DNA of 64,000 nt from Pyrinomonadaceae bacterium. GTDB lineage: Bacteria > Acidobacteriota > Blastocatellia > Pyrinomonadales > Pyrinomonadaceae. Position 1 is the first letter of the stretch. Each line of letters opens with the position of its first letter. The position numbers and the translations under genes were made by a program. The stretch lies in the NCBI GenBank assembly GCA_041751855.1, contig JBGSWR010000035.1, forward strand, positions 42,187-106,186. The letters are read 5' to 3'. This document shows, in pieces, positions 7,820 through 17,478 of the stretch. The notes under the pieces are model-generated. The model was not told where the DNA came from. It did not search any database and saw only the letters and a program-made list of their open reading frames with translations.

Positions 7820-10003
7820 ATGATCGAAGTGAGCGAAGCTACAAACAATAAACGGGGCGAACAAGGTCCTGAGTTGCCTCATACCCTGTTTCCACTCGAG
7901 CGACTTGCCTGGAATTTCTGGTGGAGTTGGTCGATCGAGGGACCAAGTATCTTTCGGTCTCTCGATCCGGATCTCTGGGAGGAAGTAGAACACAACCCTC
8001 GTCTGCTGCTGGCCAGAACTTCCGAGTCGAAACTCGCTCAGATGGCAACCGATCCTGCGTACATCTCTCGCGTTCGTCGCACTGCCGACAGGTTTGACGA
8101 TTACATGAAGCCGGTCAGGTTGTGGCAAGACGAGTCGGGGTCATCCCCGATCACGCCAGAGCGTCCCGTTGCCTACTTCTGTGCTGAATATGGCGTTCAC
8201 AATTCGCTGCCGCTGTACTCAGGTGGCCTGGGAATGTTGGCCGGCGATCACCTCAAATCAGCGAGCGACCTCAGGTTACCGTTGGTCGGAATCGGCCTCC
8301 TATACCGCTATGGCTATTTCCGGCAGAGTCTCCGGCGCGATGGCTGGCAAGAGGAATATTACGGTGAGACCCACCCGTCCGAGTTACCGTTACATTTGAT
8401 CAAGGACGAAGGTGGTGCGAGTCTCTTGATCGAAGTATTGATTAGAGATCGTGTGGTGTGGGCGCAGGTTTGGCGCGCAGACGTTGGCCGCGTACCCCTT
8501 TATCTGCTCGATACAGACATTCCCGAGAATGAAGAGACGGATCGCTGGGTAACGGCCCACCTATATGGCGGGGATCGCGAGACTCGAATCGTGCAGGAGA
8601 TGTTACTCGGAATCGGCGGTGTTCGCCTGCTGCGCAAACTGCGGATTGAGCCTCATGTCTATCATCTCAACGAAGGTCACTCTGCTTTCCTGACACTCGA
8701 ACTGGCGCGCGAATTGATTCATTCCCGGGGACTAAGCTTTGCGGACGCGTCGAAACTCGTACGGGAGCAGTGCATATTTACCACGCACACGCCCGTTGCC
8801 GCCGGCAATGATGAATTCGATCCGGATCTGATCCAGCGATCGTTTGGTCCCTCCTTCGAGCAGGAACTCGGGTTAACTCACGATGAATTCCTCGCTCTGG
8901 GCCGCATAGACCCGCTAAACCATCAAGAGCGCTTCGGGCTGACACCGCTTGCAATTCGCATGTGTCGCTCGACCAATGGTGTCAGTAGAAAGCATGGAGA
9001 AGTTTCACGGGCTCTGTGGCACAAACTTTTCCCGCAACTACGGGTCGAAGAGGTTCCGATTACCCACGTCACGAACGGCGTACATGCTCCTACCTGGGTG
9101 GCGCCACTTATCCGAGCACTCTATGAAGCCTCCATGGGTGAGGATTGGACCAACAAGGTTCGTGATCCGCGCCAGTGGGAGCGGGGGATAGCCCGCATTT
9201 CGGACGAGGAATTGTGGAATTCTCATCGACTCTTAAAACGAGGGCTGGTGGCTTTTATTCGGCACCGCTCTTTTCACGCGCGGCTTGCGCGCAACGAGAG
9301 CGTTGAGTACGCGGAGGCTGCGAGGATCATTTTCGATCCTGAAGCTCTCATAATCGGATTTGCGCGGCGTATTGCCGGCTACAAGCGTTGGGGGCTCTTG
9401 CTGACGGATCAGGAGCGGCTGCTGAAAATGATAAATGATAGCGAACGTCCGGTCCAATTTGTATTTGCAGGAAAGGCCCACCCACAGGACCAGGGAGCAA
9501 AGTTTATTTTGCAGCAGATCGCCCAGTGGAAGCACGATCCAAAGCTTGGTGGTCGAGCGGTTTTTTTACAGGACTATGATCAGGAGATCGCGCGGCAGCT
9601 TGTAACGGCGGTCGATGTCTGGTTGAACGTTCCCAGGAAGCCTCTCGAAGCCTCCGGAACAAGCGGCGAGAAGGTAGCCATTAACGGCGGCTTGAACTTG
9701 TCGGTTCTGGACGGCTGGTGGATGGAAGGTTATGACGGGAAAAACGGGTTTGCAATTGGGGACGGCGCAGCACCGCAGGATGATGCCGAACTTGATTTGA
9801 GCGATGCCGATTCTCTATATCGGGTGTTGGAGAATCAGGTTATTCCTCTGTATTACGATCGCGATCGTGAGGGCCTGCCGAGAAAGTGGATTTCGATGAT
9901 GAAACGCTCGATCTCCACTCTGGTTCCCGCTTATAACAGCGACCGGATGGTCGAAGAGTATGCCCGCCGACTATACATGAACCCGGATACTGACACTCGA
10001 TAA
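7820..10003 (+). CDS. glgP: alpha-glucan phosphorylase (GT35, DUF3417-type N-terminus)
   Basis: 727 aa. The N-terminus has LAWNFWWSWS, and other family blocks are CAEYG...LYSGGLGMLAGDH and EASGTSGEKVAINGGLNLSVLDGWW. Confidence 0.9.
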   Translation: MIEVSEATNNKRGEQGPELPHTLFPLERLAWNFWWSWSIEGPSIFRSLDPDLWEEVEHNPRLLLARTSESKLAQMATDPAYISRVRRTADRFDDYMKPVRLWQDESGSSPITPERPVAYFCAEYGVHNSLPLYSGGLGMLAGDHLKSASDLRLPLVGIGLLYRYGYFRQSLRRDGWQEEYYGETHPSELPLHLIKDEGGASLLIEVLIRDRVVWAQVWRADVGRVPLYLLDTDIPENEETDRWVTAHLYGGDRETRIVQEMLLGIGGVRLLRKLRIEPHVYHLNEGHSAFLTLELARELIHSRGLSFADASKLVREQCIFTTHTPVAAGNDEFDPDLIQRSFGPSFEQELGLTHDEFLALGRIDPLNHQERFGLTPLAIRMCRSTNGVSRKHGEVSRALWHKLFPQLRVEEVPITHVTNGVHAPTWVAPLIRALYEASMGEDWTNKVRDPRQWERGIARISDEELWNSHRLLKRGLVAFIRHRSFHARLARNESVEYAEAARIIFDPEALIIGFARRIAGYKRWGLLLTDQERLLKMINDSERPVQFVFAGKAHPQDQGAKFILQQIAQWKHDPKLGGRAVFLQDYDQEIARQLVTAVDVWLNVPRKPLEASGTSGEKVAINGGLNLSVLDGWWMEGYDGKNGFAIGDGAAPQDDAELDLSDADSLYRVLENQVIPLYYDRDREGLPRKWISMMKRSISTLVPAYNSDRMVEEYARRLYMNPDTDTR

Positions 10004-10126
10004 CCACGGCAAAGAGTGGACTGGGCAATAATGATCCCTAGTCCCAGTGTGTTAGACTACCTGCCGAAGTCTCAGCGATTCCTTCCGTTATTCGATCATT
10101 CCTGAATAGCAGTAGATCGGGAACGT

Positions 10127-12172
10127 TTGAGATGGTTCTTCATGAAATACTGCACCGTCTGCAAAACTAAATACGAAGACAATGTGAGCTTCTGTACGGC
10201 CGATGGGGAGGTCCTGGAGGACGATCCTTCTTCGATCGTTGGTACCGTTCTTGACGGGCAATATCAGATCGAAGCCTTGCTCGGAAAAGGCGGGATGGGA
10301 GCGGTTTATCGCGCCCGACACATCCTCCTGGGCGACTGCGTTGCCATCAAGATTCTCCCGCCCGAAGTTCGCAACAATACGGAGTGGCTCCGTCGGTTTC
10401 GTCGCGAGGGTCAGGCAGCCCGGCGTTTCCGGCACCCAAACGCGGTGACAGTCTACGATCTCCGCACCGCCGGAGATGGCACTATCTACATGGTTATGGA
10501 GTATGTAGAAGGCCATACGCTCGACGCTGAGATCAAGAGACGCGGAAAATTCACTCCGGCCGAAGCCGTGGCGATTCTGGAACCAATTATGAGTGTGCTG
10601 CATACGGCGCACGCCATGGGGGTCGTGCATCGCGATCTAAAGCCGGACAATATCATGATCGGAAAGGCAAGCACTGGCGAGGGACCCACCGTTAAGTTAC
10701 TTGATCTCGGAATCGCAAAGATGCGGGAGGTTGCCGGCTCTGACACGAGTGGAACAACTGCACTTACGCTCGCTGGGCAAGTGCTTGGCACGCCATATTA
10801 TATGTCTCCCGAACAGTGGGGGGAGTTGCCCAAAGATGGTAATTCAGAGATTGATGGCCGCGCTGATATCTATAGTCTTGGACTCGTTGTTTACGAGATG
10901 ATCACGGGTAAGCGTCCTGTTTCCGGCCTGACGCTTCACGAACTGCGGCGGGAACACCTGTCTGTTACGCCGCCACTTTTGGAGCAGGTCGTTCCCGACG
11001 TGCCACGTGAGTTCAGTGAAGCAATTGCCAGAGCGTTGGCGAAGGATCGCGATGACCGTCCTGCGACTGCGGGTGAGTTGGCGGCGCAACTCCGGATCGC
11101 GACAGGGGTAACTGCGCCGTCTGCCCCCACTGCTTTCCCGGACATCCCACCGATCGAACAATCAAGAGTCGAGACTGTTGAAGCAGCGAGAACCAGACAA
11201 ACCCGATCGGACGTTAATGCCCCTACGGTGCTCACAAACGAGGCGATGCCCACAGTTAGTCCAGGTATCCAACAATCCGGTCCGTCATCTCAAACAATTC
11301 AAGGCGCCGAAAGCCGGCCCGCGTATGTGAGTTCCCCTGCCGCGCCCGGCTCTCAGGATTTCGCTACCATCGCCGAGTCCGCTGTTGGAGGTGTCGCCCC
11401 TTCTGCCACAATTTCCCAGGTTCAAAGGCGGCCCGAAGAACGGGTTCGACGTCGGGGAGGACTGATGGTAGCCGGCGCAGTCGTTGGCTTGGCCGTGCTT
11501 ATCACGATGGGTTTTGGTGGATTCTATGCCTTCAATTGGTTGACGTCCGAGCCTGACAGCAATACTCGCGGGAATGAGAACCTGGCGGTAGTTGACCCCG
11601 CTACTGAAGTGATTACGCGACGTGAAGTTGGTCACTACTGGCTGGAACTATGGAACAAGTCCGATAGTCAAACACTGCGTGTGGCGGGCGTCGTCCCATT
11701 AGCTTCGGGGCAGGCATTCAAGTTCAATTTTGTCTTTGGTGATGATGGGTATCTCTACATTGTAGGTCCTGGCCAACAAAATCAGCCTACGGCATTTCTG
11801 ACTGCCAAGCCGCCAGCCGGATCGGGTTTGGATTCGAATCAGGTTACCAGGGGCGTGAATTTCAGCTTCCCAAAGGGCGCCGAACATTGGCTGGAACTGG
11901 ACAAGAAGCCGGGTACTGAGACGTACACAGTGCTATTTTCACCCGCGCTGCTTGAGTCACCGCTTTTTCTGGCCTCTCAAGCCACCGGCGAGCCCTTGAG
12001 TAGGGAAGAGTTGAGTAGCTGGAACGACTTTGTCTCTAAATCGAAAGTAACCAAACCAGTGGTCGAACTAAACAACGGAGACGGAACGGCGCCTTTTGTC
12101 ACGATTAAGCTCCCCGAAGCGGAGGCTGCTGGGAATCCGATCATCTTTGAGATTCGTATTCAACATAAGTAG
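10127..12172 (+). CDS. membrane Ser/Thr protein kinase with extracytoplasmic DUF4384-like domain
   Basis: Hanks kinase motifs are present (GKGGMGAVYRA, HRDLKPDN, DLGIAK, GTPYYMSPE). The N-terminus has a C-x2-C...C segment, followed by a Pro/Ser linker and one TM segment (GLMVAGAVVGLAVLITMGFGGFYAF). The C-terminal domain carries FKFNFVFGDDGYLYIVGPG. The start may instead be ATG at 10142. Confidence 0.9.
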   Translation: MRWFFMKYCTVCKTKYEDNVSFCTADGEVLEDDPSSIVGTVLDGQYQIEALLGKGGMGAVYRARHILLGDCVAIKILPPEVRNNTEWLRRFRREGQAARRFRHPNAVTVYDLRTAGDGTIYMVMEYVEGHTLDAEIKRRGKFTPAEAVAILEPIMSVLHTAHAMGVVHRDLKPDNIMIGKASTGEGPTVKLLDLGIAKMREVAGSDTSGTTALTLAGQVLGTPYYMSPEQWGELPKDGNSEIDGRADIYSLGLVVYEMITGKRPVSGLTLHELRREHLSVTPPLLEQVVPDVPREFSEAIARALAKDRDDRPATAGELAAQLRIATGVTAPSAPTAFPDIPPIEQSRVETVEAARTRQTRSDVNAPTVLTNEAMPTVSPGIQQSGPSSQTIQGAESRPAYVSSPAAPGSQDFATIAESAVGGVAPSATISQVQRRPEERVRRRGGLMVAGAVVGLAVLITMGFGGFYAFNWLTSEPDSNTRGNENLAVVDPATEVITRREVGHYWLELWNKSDSQTLRVAGVVPLASGQAFKFNFVFGDDGYLYIVGPGQQNQPTAFLTAKPPAGSGLDSNQVTRGVNFSFPKGAEHWLELDKKPGTETYTVLFSPALLESPLFLASQATGEPLSREELSSWNDFVSKSKVTKPVVELNNGDGTAPFVTIKLPEAEAAGNPIIFEIRIQHK

Positions 12173-12217
12173 TTTCTTCGATTGTAATAACGAGGGACTG
12201 GTTTCAAGGAGGATGAG

Positions 12218-13105
12218 ATGAGAAAAACGTTGGCTGCTATTTCGGCGGCTGTCTTAATTGTTGCTGGATCGCTAGTCTCTTCCGGGCAGGATGAAGAGAA
12301 CGTGCGAGGCGCCTTTCTCACCACGCGGCCAAAAGCTGAAGAAAGAAAATCCAGCCCAAGACCTGCGCGTAGCCGCCGCCGTCCCAAGCCGACTGCGACC
12401 AGTACCCCGGCAACAACAACAACTCCGGTCAAGTCAGACCCGTCACCGGGTACTGGGAGTCCCCGGAGCAGGGAGCAGCGCATAGGTCTCGGCTTGACTC
12501 TCTTCATGCGAGACTCCAACGGCATGGCGGTCAGAGTTGATCCCGCACACGAGTTTCGCGAGGGTGATCGCATACGTGTCCTGCTCGAAACCAACGCCGA
12601 TGGCTATCTTTATATCTTCAATACTACCAACGAAGGCCCGCCAGTCCTGCTCTATCCTGACCCGCAACTTGATGAAGGCGGAAATTACGTTCAGTCGCAT
12701 GTTCCCTTTGAGATTCCTTCGAGCCTTGCTGCTGAAGAACGATTGCGGTGGCTTCAGTTTGACGAGCATGCAGGAAGAGAAAGAGTATATTTTGTGTTCT
12801 CGCGAGAACCTTTATCGGGAATTCCGCTTGAAGAGGAGTTAATCTCCTTTTGCGCAGACAATAAAGGCTCATGCCCGATCAAGCCAGAGGCTGATCTCTG
12901 GGCAAGGATCCAGCGCGAAGTGAATCAGCAGACGCAGATAGCCAAAGCGCGAAGTTACGGTAAGACGGAGACTGCTGGTGAGCGCGAGGCTACCACGCGC
13001 GGGATCGGGCTGAGCAAGGAAGATCCGGAGCCGTCGCTCGTCATGATGACGGTTTCGTCAGATCGTAATACCCTGGTAACAGCGCTCGACCTGACTCATA
13101 AGTAA
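12218..13105 (+). CDS. exported DUF4384-like domain protein
   Basis: AAGGAGG precedes the ATG. There is a signal peptide (MRKTLAAISAAVLIVAGSLVSSGQ) and a basic, Pro-rich linker. The domain reads FREGDRIRVLLETNADGYLYIFNTTNEGPPVLLYP...RVYFVFSREPL. Confidence 0.7.
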   Translation: MRKTLAAISAAVLIVAGSLVSSGQDEENVRGAFLTTRPKAEERKSSPRPARSRRRPKPTATSTPATTTTPVKSDPSPGTGSPRSREQRIGLGLTLFMRDSNGMAVRVDPAHEFREGDRIRVLLETNADGYLYIFNTTNEGPPVLLYPDPQLDEGGNYVQSHVPFEIPSSLAAEERLRWLQFDEHAGRERVYFVFSREPLSGIPLEEELISFCADNKGSCPIKPEADLWARIQREVNQQTQIAKARSYGKTETAGEREATTRGIGLSKEDPEPSLVMMTVSSDRNTLVTALDLTHK

Positions 13106-13172
13106 AATCAGCGCTCATTAGTTTACGTAAGTCCCCCAAGACGACTGGCCTTATTTTTCGAGGAGTTGCTTT

Positions 13173-16007
13173 ATGAAATCTATCTCTGCGAGGCTAATTA
13201 CCTTGCTCGCCACGTGTGCGCTTCTTTGCAACCTTACCGCCGTCCCAATTATTGCCCGAAGTGCGCAACAGCCGTCTCAACCGCAGCAACCAGATCAGGC
13301 TGCCACTGCGTTGCGAGAAGGCAGGCAGTCGCTTAAACGTGGGCAGTCGGATCAGGCTCTCGTGCAGTTTCAGAAAGCCCTGAATCTTTATGCAGCGGCG
13401 AAGAATAACAGGGGCATGGCGGCGACCCATAATGAGTTAGGCGACCTCTATCTGCGCCAGGGTCAACATACCGTCGCTCTCGATCATTACCAGAAGGCTC
13501 TGGACGGTTTCATCGGCGCACAAGCGAAGCAGGATGTGGTTACTGCCGCAGTCGGCGTAGCCGACGACAAATTCAATGCCAATCTGATGCTGGCAAAGAT
13601 CGGAGACGTCAATTTCCGCCTTGGGAGGTACAACGAGGCAAGAGCGGCCTATGGCAGGATGGAGGCAAAGAAGCCTGAGAGCGCCGCTGCTAAGGTCGGG
13701 AGGAGATTTGGAGGCTTCGGAGCCATCGTGGGTGGTATCTCAACCGGCAATGTTTCAGTGGCAGCGCCCACGAGCGCTCTGACAGTTGCTCTGGAAGCGA
13801 AGAAGGAACTGGATGAGTATAGAGTCTCCATTGTTTATGCCAGTTACCAGTTGGGAATGGGCCGGTTAGCGTATTTCAACAACGAGTTTGAGCCGGCAAA
13901 AAAGAACTTTCAAAACGCGCTCGATGCTGCGGGTAGCAGTCTGGCGTTTCTGGCAGGGTTGGGCCAAACCCGTCGTTTTCGGGCGGCGGCCAGAACAAGC
14001 CTCGGGGATGTGGCACTGCGGCAAGGCAAATTCAAAGATGCTACGAAGTTTTACACGGACGCTTCGAAGGGCGCTCAGGAGGATAAGCGGCTCGATCTGA
14101 TGTGGCCGGCGCAGCGAGGGCTCGGTCGAAGTCTGTGGCTTCAGGCGGAGCAGGAGAAGAACACGAACAAGGCAGAATCAATGAAGGAATCGGCAATTAG
14201 CAATTACCGAAACGCCCTTTCTACGATTGAAACTTTGAGGCAAGGGAGTCTCCGAGCCGACGAAGCCCGCACAACATTCCTCGCCTCAACCAAAGACGTT
14301 TTCGACGAAGCGGTTGCCAGCCTTGCTGAAATGGCTTTGCAGACTAGCTCGGCGCCCGGAACTCCGTTAACAGGGAAGGCCCTCGAGTATGCAGCGGAAG
14401 CTTTTAAGATCAACGAGCAGTCACGGGCCCGCTCTCTTTTGGATCTGATCAACGAAAGTGGAGGTTCTCTCACCGAAGGAGTACCCGCAGAACTGCTAAA
14501 GCGAAAGCAAGTCAATTTGAGCCGTCAGCAGGAAATCGCCGAAGTTCTTACGGGTATCAATATTTCGACAGACGAACAGAAGAAGAAACCGAGCGAGCTC
14601 GAAACCGAACTAGAAACGTTACAAACAGAGTTTGACCAGATCGAAAACCAGATTCGTACATCGAGTCCGCGGTATGCCCAGCTGACCGCGAGCCAACCAC
14701 TCTCGCTTGCGGAGGTACAACAGAAAGTACTCGATGATTCGACTGTGTTGATGGCTTACAGCCTCGGTACGGGAGCTTCCTACCTTTGGGCGGTAAGCAA
14801 GGGAGCGGTTGCTTTGCACAAGCTTCCGGCAAGACCGGAATTGGACAAGCTCGCAACTGAAATGCGTGCGCAGCTAATACCTTCCAAGCTCCAGCGACGC
14901 ATTGTCGGCATCGACGTAGTAGACCCTGCCCGGGGATTGGGCATTTCTGCTACCCCCCATGCGGATGGTGCTGCTGCCTTTATCGCCGCCTCCCACGCGC
15001 TCTATAAAGCAGTGGTTGAGCCCGCGGCCCCTATGGTTGCTGAGAACCGCCTCTTGGTGGTGGCAGATGGGGCCCTCAACTATGTACCGTTTGAAGCCCT
15101 GGTTAAATCAGCGACCCCCGGCGATTATTCGACGCTCGACTATCTTCTCAAAACCAATGAAGTGGTTTACACGCCTTCTGCCTCTGTTATCGGCGCGATT
15201 AGAGCGCAAGGAGGGAAAACCGTTGGCAAGGGCCTGCTGGTAGTTGCCGATCCCGTGTTCAATTCACTGGACACCAGGGCACGTGGGGTCACGAGTACGA
15301 CGGAAGCTGAGGCAGCTACCAGAGGACTAGGTCTTCAGAGTGCCCTGACAGATGTTGCAGGGTCGCCGGCCTCGCCTCCCTCCGGAACGGAGAAGATGCA
15401 GGGCTTGCCACTCTCACGACTCGCGGGGACCAGAGCTGAGGCTGAAGAGATTGCAAAACTCGCTAAACAGTCGGGCGCTCAGACCGACCTTTGGCTGGAC
15501 CTTGAAGCTGCCGAGGCAAACTTTGAAACCCGCGACTTAAGGAGCTATCGCGTAGTCCATATAGCAACGCACGGCCTCTTGAATGCTGAGCGGCCCCAAT
15601 TCACCGGCCTCGTCCTCTCTCTAGTTGGTAACAAGCACGGGGACGGTTTCCTGAGAACTGACGAAGTGTTCAATCTTCGCCTCGGCTCGCCGCTAGTGAT
15701 GTTGTCTGCCTGCGAGACCGGGCTTGGCAAAGAACGACGCGGGGAAGGGGTATTGGGTTTGACCCGGGCTTTCATGTATGCCGGCGCCCCTACCGTTGGT
15801 GTCAGTCTTTGGTCCGTCGCCGATAAATCGACCGCCGATCTGATGAGCGATTTCTATAGGCGCCTGCTTGTTCCTGGAGCCCAGCCACAACAGAGTCCCT
15901 CAGCCGCAATGCGCGCCGCACAACTTCAAATGATTGCCGCCAAGAAGTACAGTGCCCCTTTCTATTGGGCGCCGTTTGTTTTAATCGGTGACTGGCAGCA
16001 GGGATGA
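13173..16007 (+). CDS. exported TPR-repeat CHAT-domain (caspase-like) protease
   Basis: 944 aa with a signal-like N-terminus (MKSISARLITLLATCALLCNLTAVPIIARSAQQ) and TPR-like repeats. The C-terminal CHAT domain has a His block (VVHIATHG) and a Cys block (VMLSACETG). Confidence 0.85.
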   Translation: MKSISARLITLLATCALLCNLTAVPIIARSAQQPSQPQQPDQAATALREGRQSLKRGQSDQALVQFQKALNLYAAAKNNRGMAATHNELGDLYLRQGQHTVALDHYQKALDGFIGAQAKQDVVTAAVGVADDKFNANLMLAKIGDVNFRLGRYNEARAAYGRMEAKKPESAAAKVGRRFGGFGAIVGGISTGNVSVAAPTSALTVALEAKKELDEYRVSIVYASYQLGMGRLAYFNNEFEPAKKNFQNALDAAGSSLAFLAGLGQTRRFRAAARTSLGDVALRQGKFKDATKFYTDASKGAQEDKRLDLMWPAQRGLGRSLWLQAEQEKNTNKAESMKESAISNYRNALSTIETLRQGSLRADEARTTFLASTKDVFDEAVASLAEMALQTSSAPGTPLTGKALEYAAEAFKINEQSRARSLLDLINESGGSLTEGVPAELLKRKQVNLSRQQEIAEVLTGINISTDEQKKKPSELETELETLQTEFDQIENQIRTSSPRYAQLTASQPLSLAEVQQKVLDDSTVLMAYSLGTGASYLWAVSKGAVALHKLPARPELDKLATEMRAQLIPSKLQRRIVGIDVVDPARGLGISATPHADGAAAFIAASHALYKAVVEPAAPMVAENRLLVVADGALNYVPFEALVKSATPGDYSTLDYLLKTNEVVYTPSASVIGAIRAQGGKTVGKGLLVVADPVFNSLDTRARGVTSTTEAEAATRGLGLQSALTDVAGSPASPPSGTEKMQGLPLSRLAGTRAEAEEIAKLAKQSGAQTDLWLDLEAAEANFETRDLRSYRVVHIATHGLLNAERPQFTGLVLSLVGNKHGDGFLRTDEVFNLRLGSPLVMLSACETGLGKERRGEGVLGLTRAFMYAGAPTVGVSLWSVADKSTADLMSDFYRRLLVPGAQPQQSPSAAMRAAQLQMIAAKKYSAPFYWAPFVLIGDWQQG

Positions 16008-16036
16008 TTCTCTGATTACATCAGGTCAGGTACCTG

Positions 16037-16083
16037 GCGGATGATCGTTCGGGCAAATGTCTTGAGCCTCTCGATCATCCGCC
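16037..16083. terminator. 12-bp inverted repeat between convergent genes
   Basis: ggcggatgatcg (16037-16048) pairs with cgatcatccgcc (16072-16083) around a 23-nt loop. It lies between the CHAT and PEP-CTERM gene ends. Confidence 0.4.
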
Positions 16084-16137
16084 GCCGGTCTTTGGGCCTT
16101 CCTTTTTAAGAATCCGTCCCGCCGCGCCGCCAGGCGC

Positions 16138-16836
16138 TCAATTCTTCCCAATTGCTTTGCGCCGTCTTCGCAACTTCCCGGCGAGGGTCGCCAAGCCGGT
16201 TCCGAGGAGCGCGATCGTTGCGGGTTCCGGAACAGGCGTCATACTTGCAGTTCCTTCAACGACAATATTGTCGAGTCGATTATTACCGGTTGATGACGAA
16301 GCCCCGTCGAAGATAATCCGGAAAACCACGTCAGGGTTGTTGTTCAGTGCTGTGATTCCGCTCAAGTCAAACGAGAGCGTACTGAATGAGATCCCGGGAC
16401 CAAAGGCGCCACCGAATGTAGTAAAAGTGGCGCCCCCGTCCGAACTGTATTGAAACTGGTTGTTGTTGAAACCAGTAGATGTGGCTTGCGCCGCGAAACT
16501 GACAATAATATTGGTAAAGCCAACAGTGCTCACGGTGAAAGTGAGATTGCGGCCGTTATTGGATAGACTGGTGCCGCCCTGAAGAGTGAGCGACTGACCG
16601 GCGGTATCTCCGAGCCTTGCGTTGTTCCCAGTTCCGCCGAAACTGAAAAGCACATTGGCCAGATTGAAATTGGTCGTTAGGGAGCCGGCGCCATGGCCAA
16701 TGCTCAGATCGGAATTATTGAAGTTCCAGACTGCGATCTCATCGGCTTTGGCCGTCATCGGCAACATAAGCAGAAGAAGTGGTAACGCCAATGGAAATTT
16801 AAGCCATGTCAGGCTCAGTGAGGATGGTTTAGACAT
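16138..16836 (-). CDS. PEP-CTERM sorting-domain protein
   Basis: ATG at 16836 follows AAGGAG. There is a signal peptide, and the C-terminus is VPEPATIALLGTGLATLAGKLRRRRK (PEP motif, TM segment, basic tail). Confidence 0.85.
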   Translation of the reverse strand: MSKPSSLSLTWLKFPLALPLLLLMLPMTAKADEIAVWNFNNSDLSIGHGAGSLTTNFNLANVLFSFGGTGNNARLGDTAGQSLTLQGGTSLSNNGRNLTFTVSTVGFTNIIVSFAAQATSTGFNNNQFQYSSDGGATFTTFGGAFGPGISFSTLSFDLSGITALNNNPDVVFRIIFDGASSSTGNNRLDNIVVEGTASMTPVPEPATIALLGTGLATLAGKLRRRRKAIGKN

Positions 16837-17107
16837 CTGTGATCTCCTTAATGAGGTTAGGAACAAGCTTTTCGGCCGTAAAAGCCCGAGAAACTTTCAC
16901 TAGAGATTCGAACAGGTGACGCAGACAATTGATTTGGCTTGTGAGGTCAGCCTATGCGGTCTCAGTTAGCGGGGCAGACAATAAGCTCTTTTTCAAATCT
17001 CGTCAATAGCCAAATCAGTCGAAAACAGGCGACCAACTAATCATCTGCCGGCAAGGTTGTCTTTGGCTTAACCGATTCGGTGAGCTAATATCACGGCAGT
17101 CAAAAGA

Positions 17108-17473
17108 TTGGGATCGATTTTGGAAAATCATTTCAACAAGATCAGTAACACAGAATCATTAGTGGAGTTGTGGGCGCGTTCACGGAATGAGGCGGTGGTG
17201 CTCTTCAAGCACAGCTTGACCTGTCCAATTAGTGCGGCGGCTCATGAGGAGATGTTGAGGTTTGGTGGAGATGTCGCGCTGGTTGAGGTGCAAAAGGCTC
17301 GCGAAGTTTCCCGCGAAATCGAGGAACGTACCGGGATTGAGCACGAGTCACCCCAGGTGATCATCCTCGGCGGCGGAACGGCTGTCTGGAGTGCCTCGCA
17401 TTTTGACGTACGAGCGGAGAAAGTGGCGGAAGCTGTTAGGAAACACAATTCGGATCGGAACTATCCCGGTTAA
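17108..17473 (+). CDS. ytxJ: bacillithiol-system thioredoxin-like protein YtxJ
   Basis: Contains LFKHSLTCPIS, the TCPIS monothiol motif characteristic of the YtxJ family. It is about 120 aa. The start is a TTG and is uncertain. Confidence 0.7.
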   Translation: MGSILENHFNKISNTESLVELWARSRNEAVVLFKHSLTCPISAAAHEEMLRFGGDVALVEVQKAREVSREIEERTGIEHESPQVIILGGGTAVWSASHFDVRAEKVAEAVRKHNSDRNYPG

Positions 17474-17478
17474 GTTCT

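Noticed and set aside
10088-10630. A 180-aa minus-strand ORF.
   Set aside because: It is antisense to the kinase catalytic domain, which carries unmistakable Hanks motifs.
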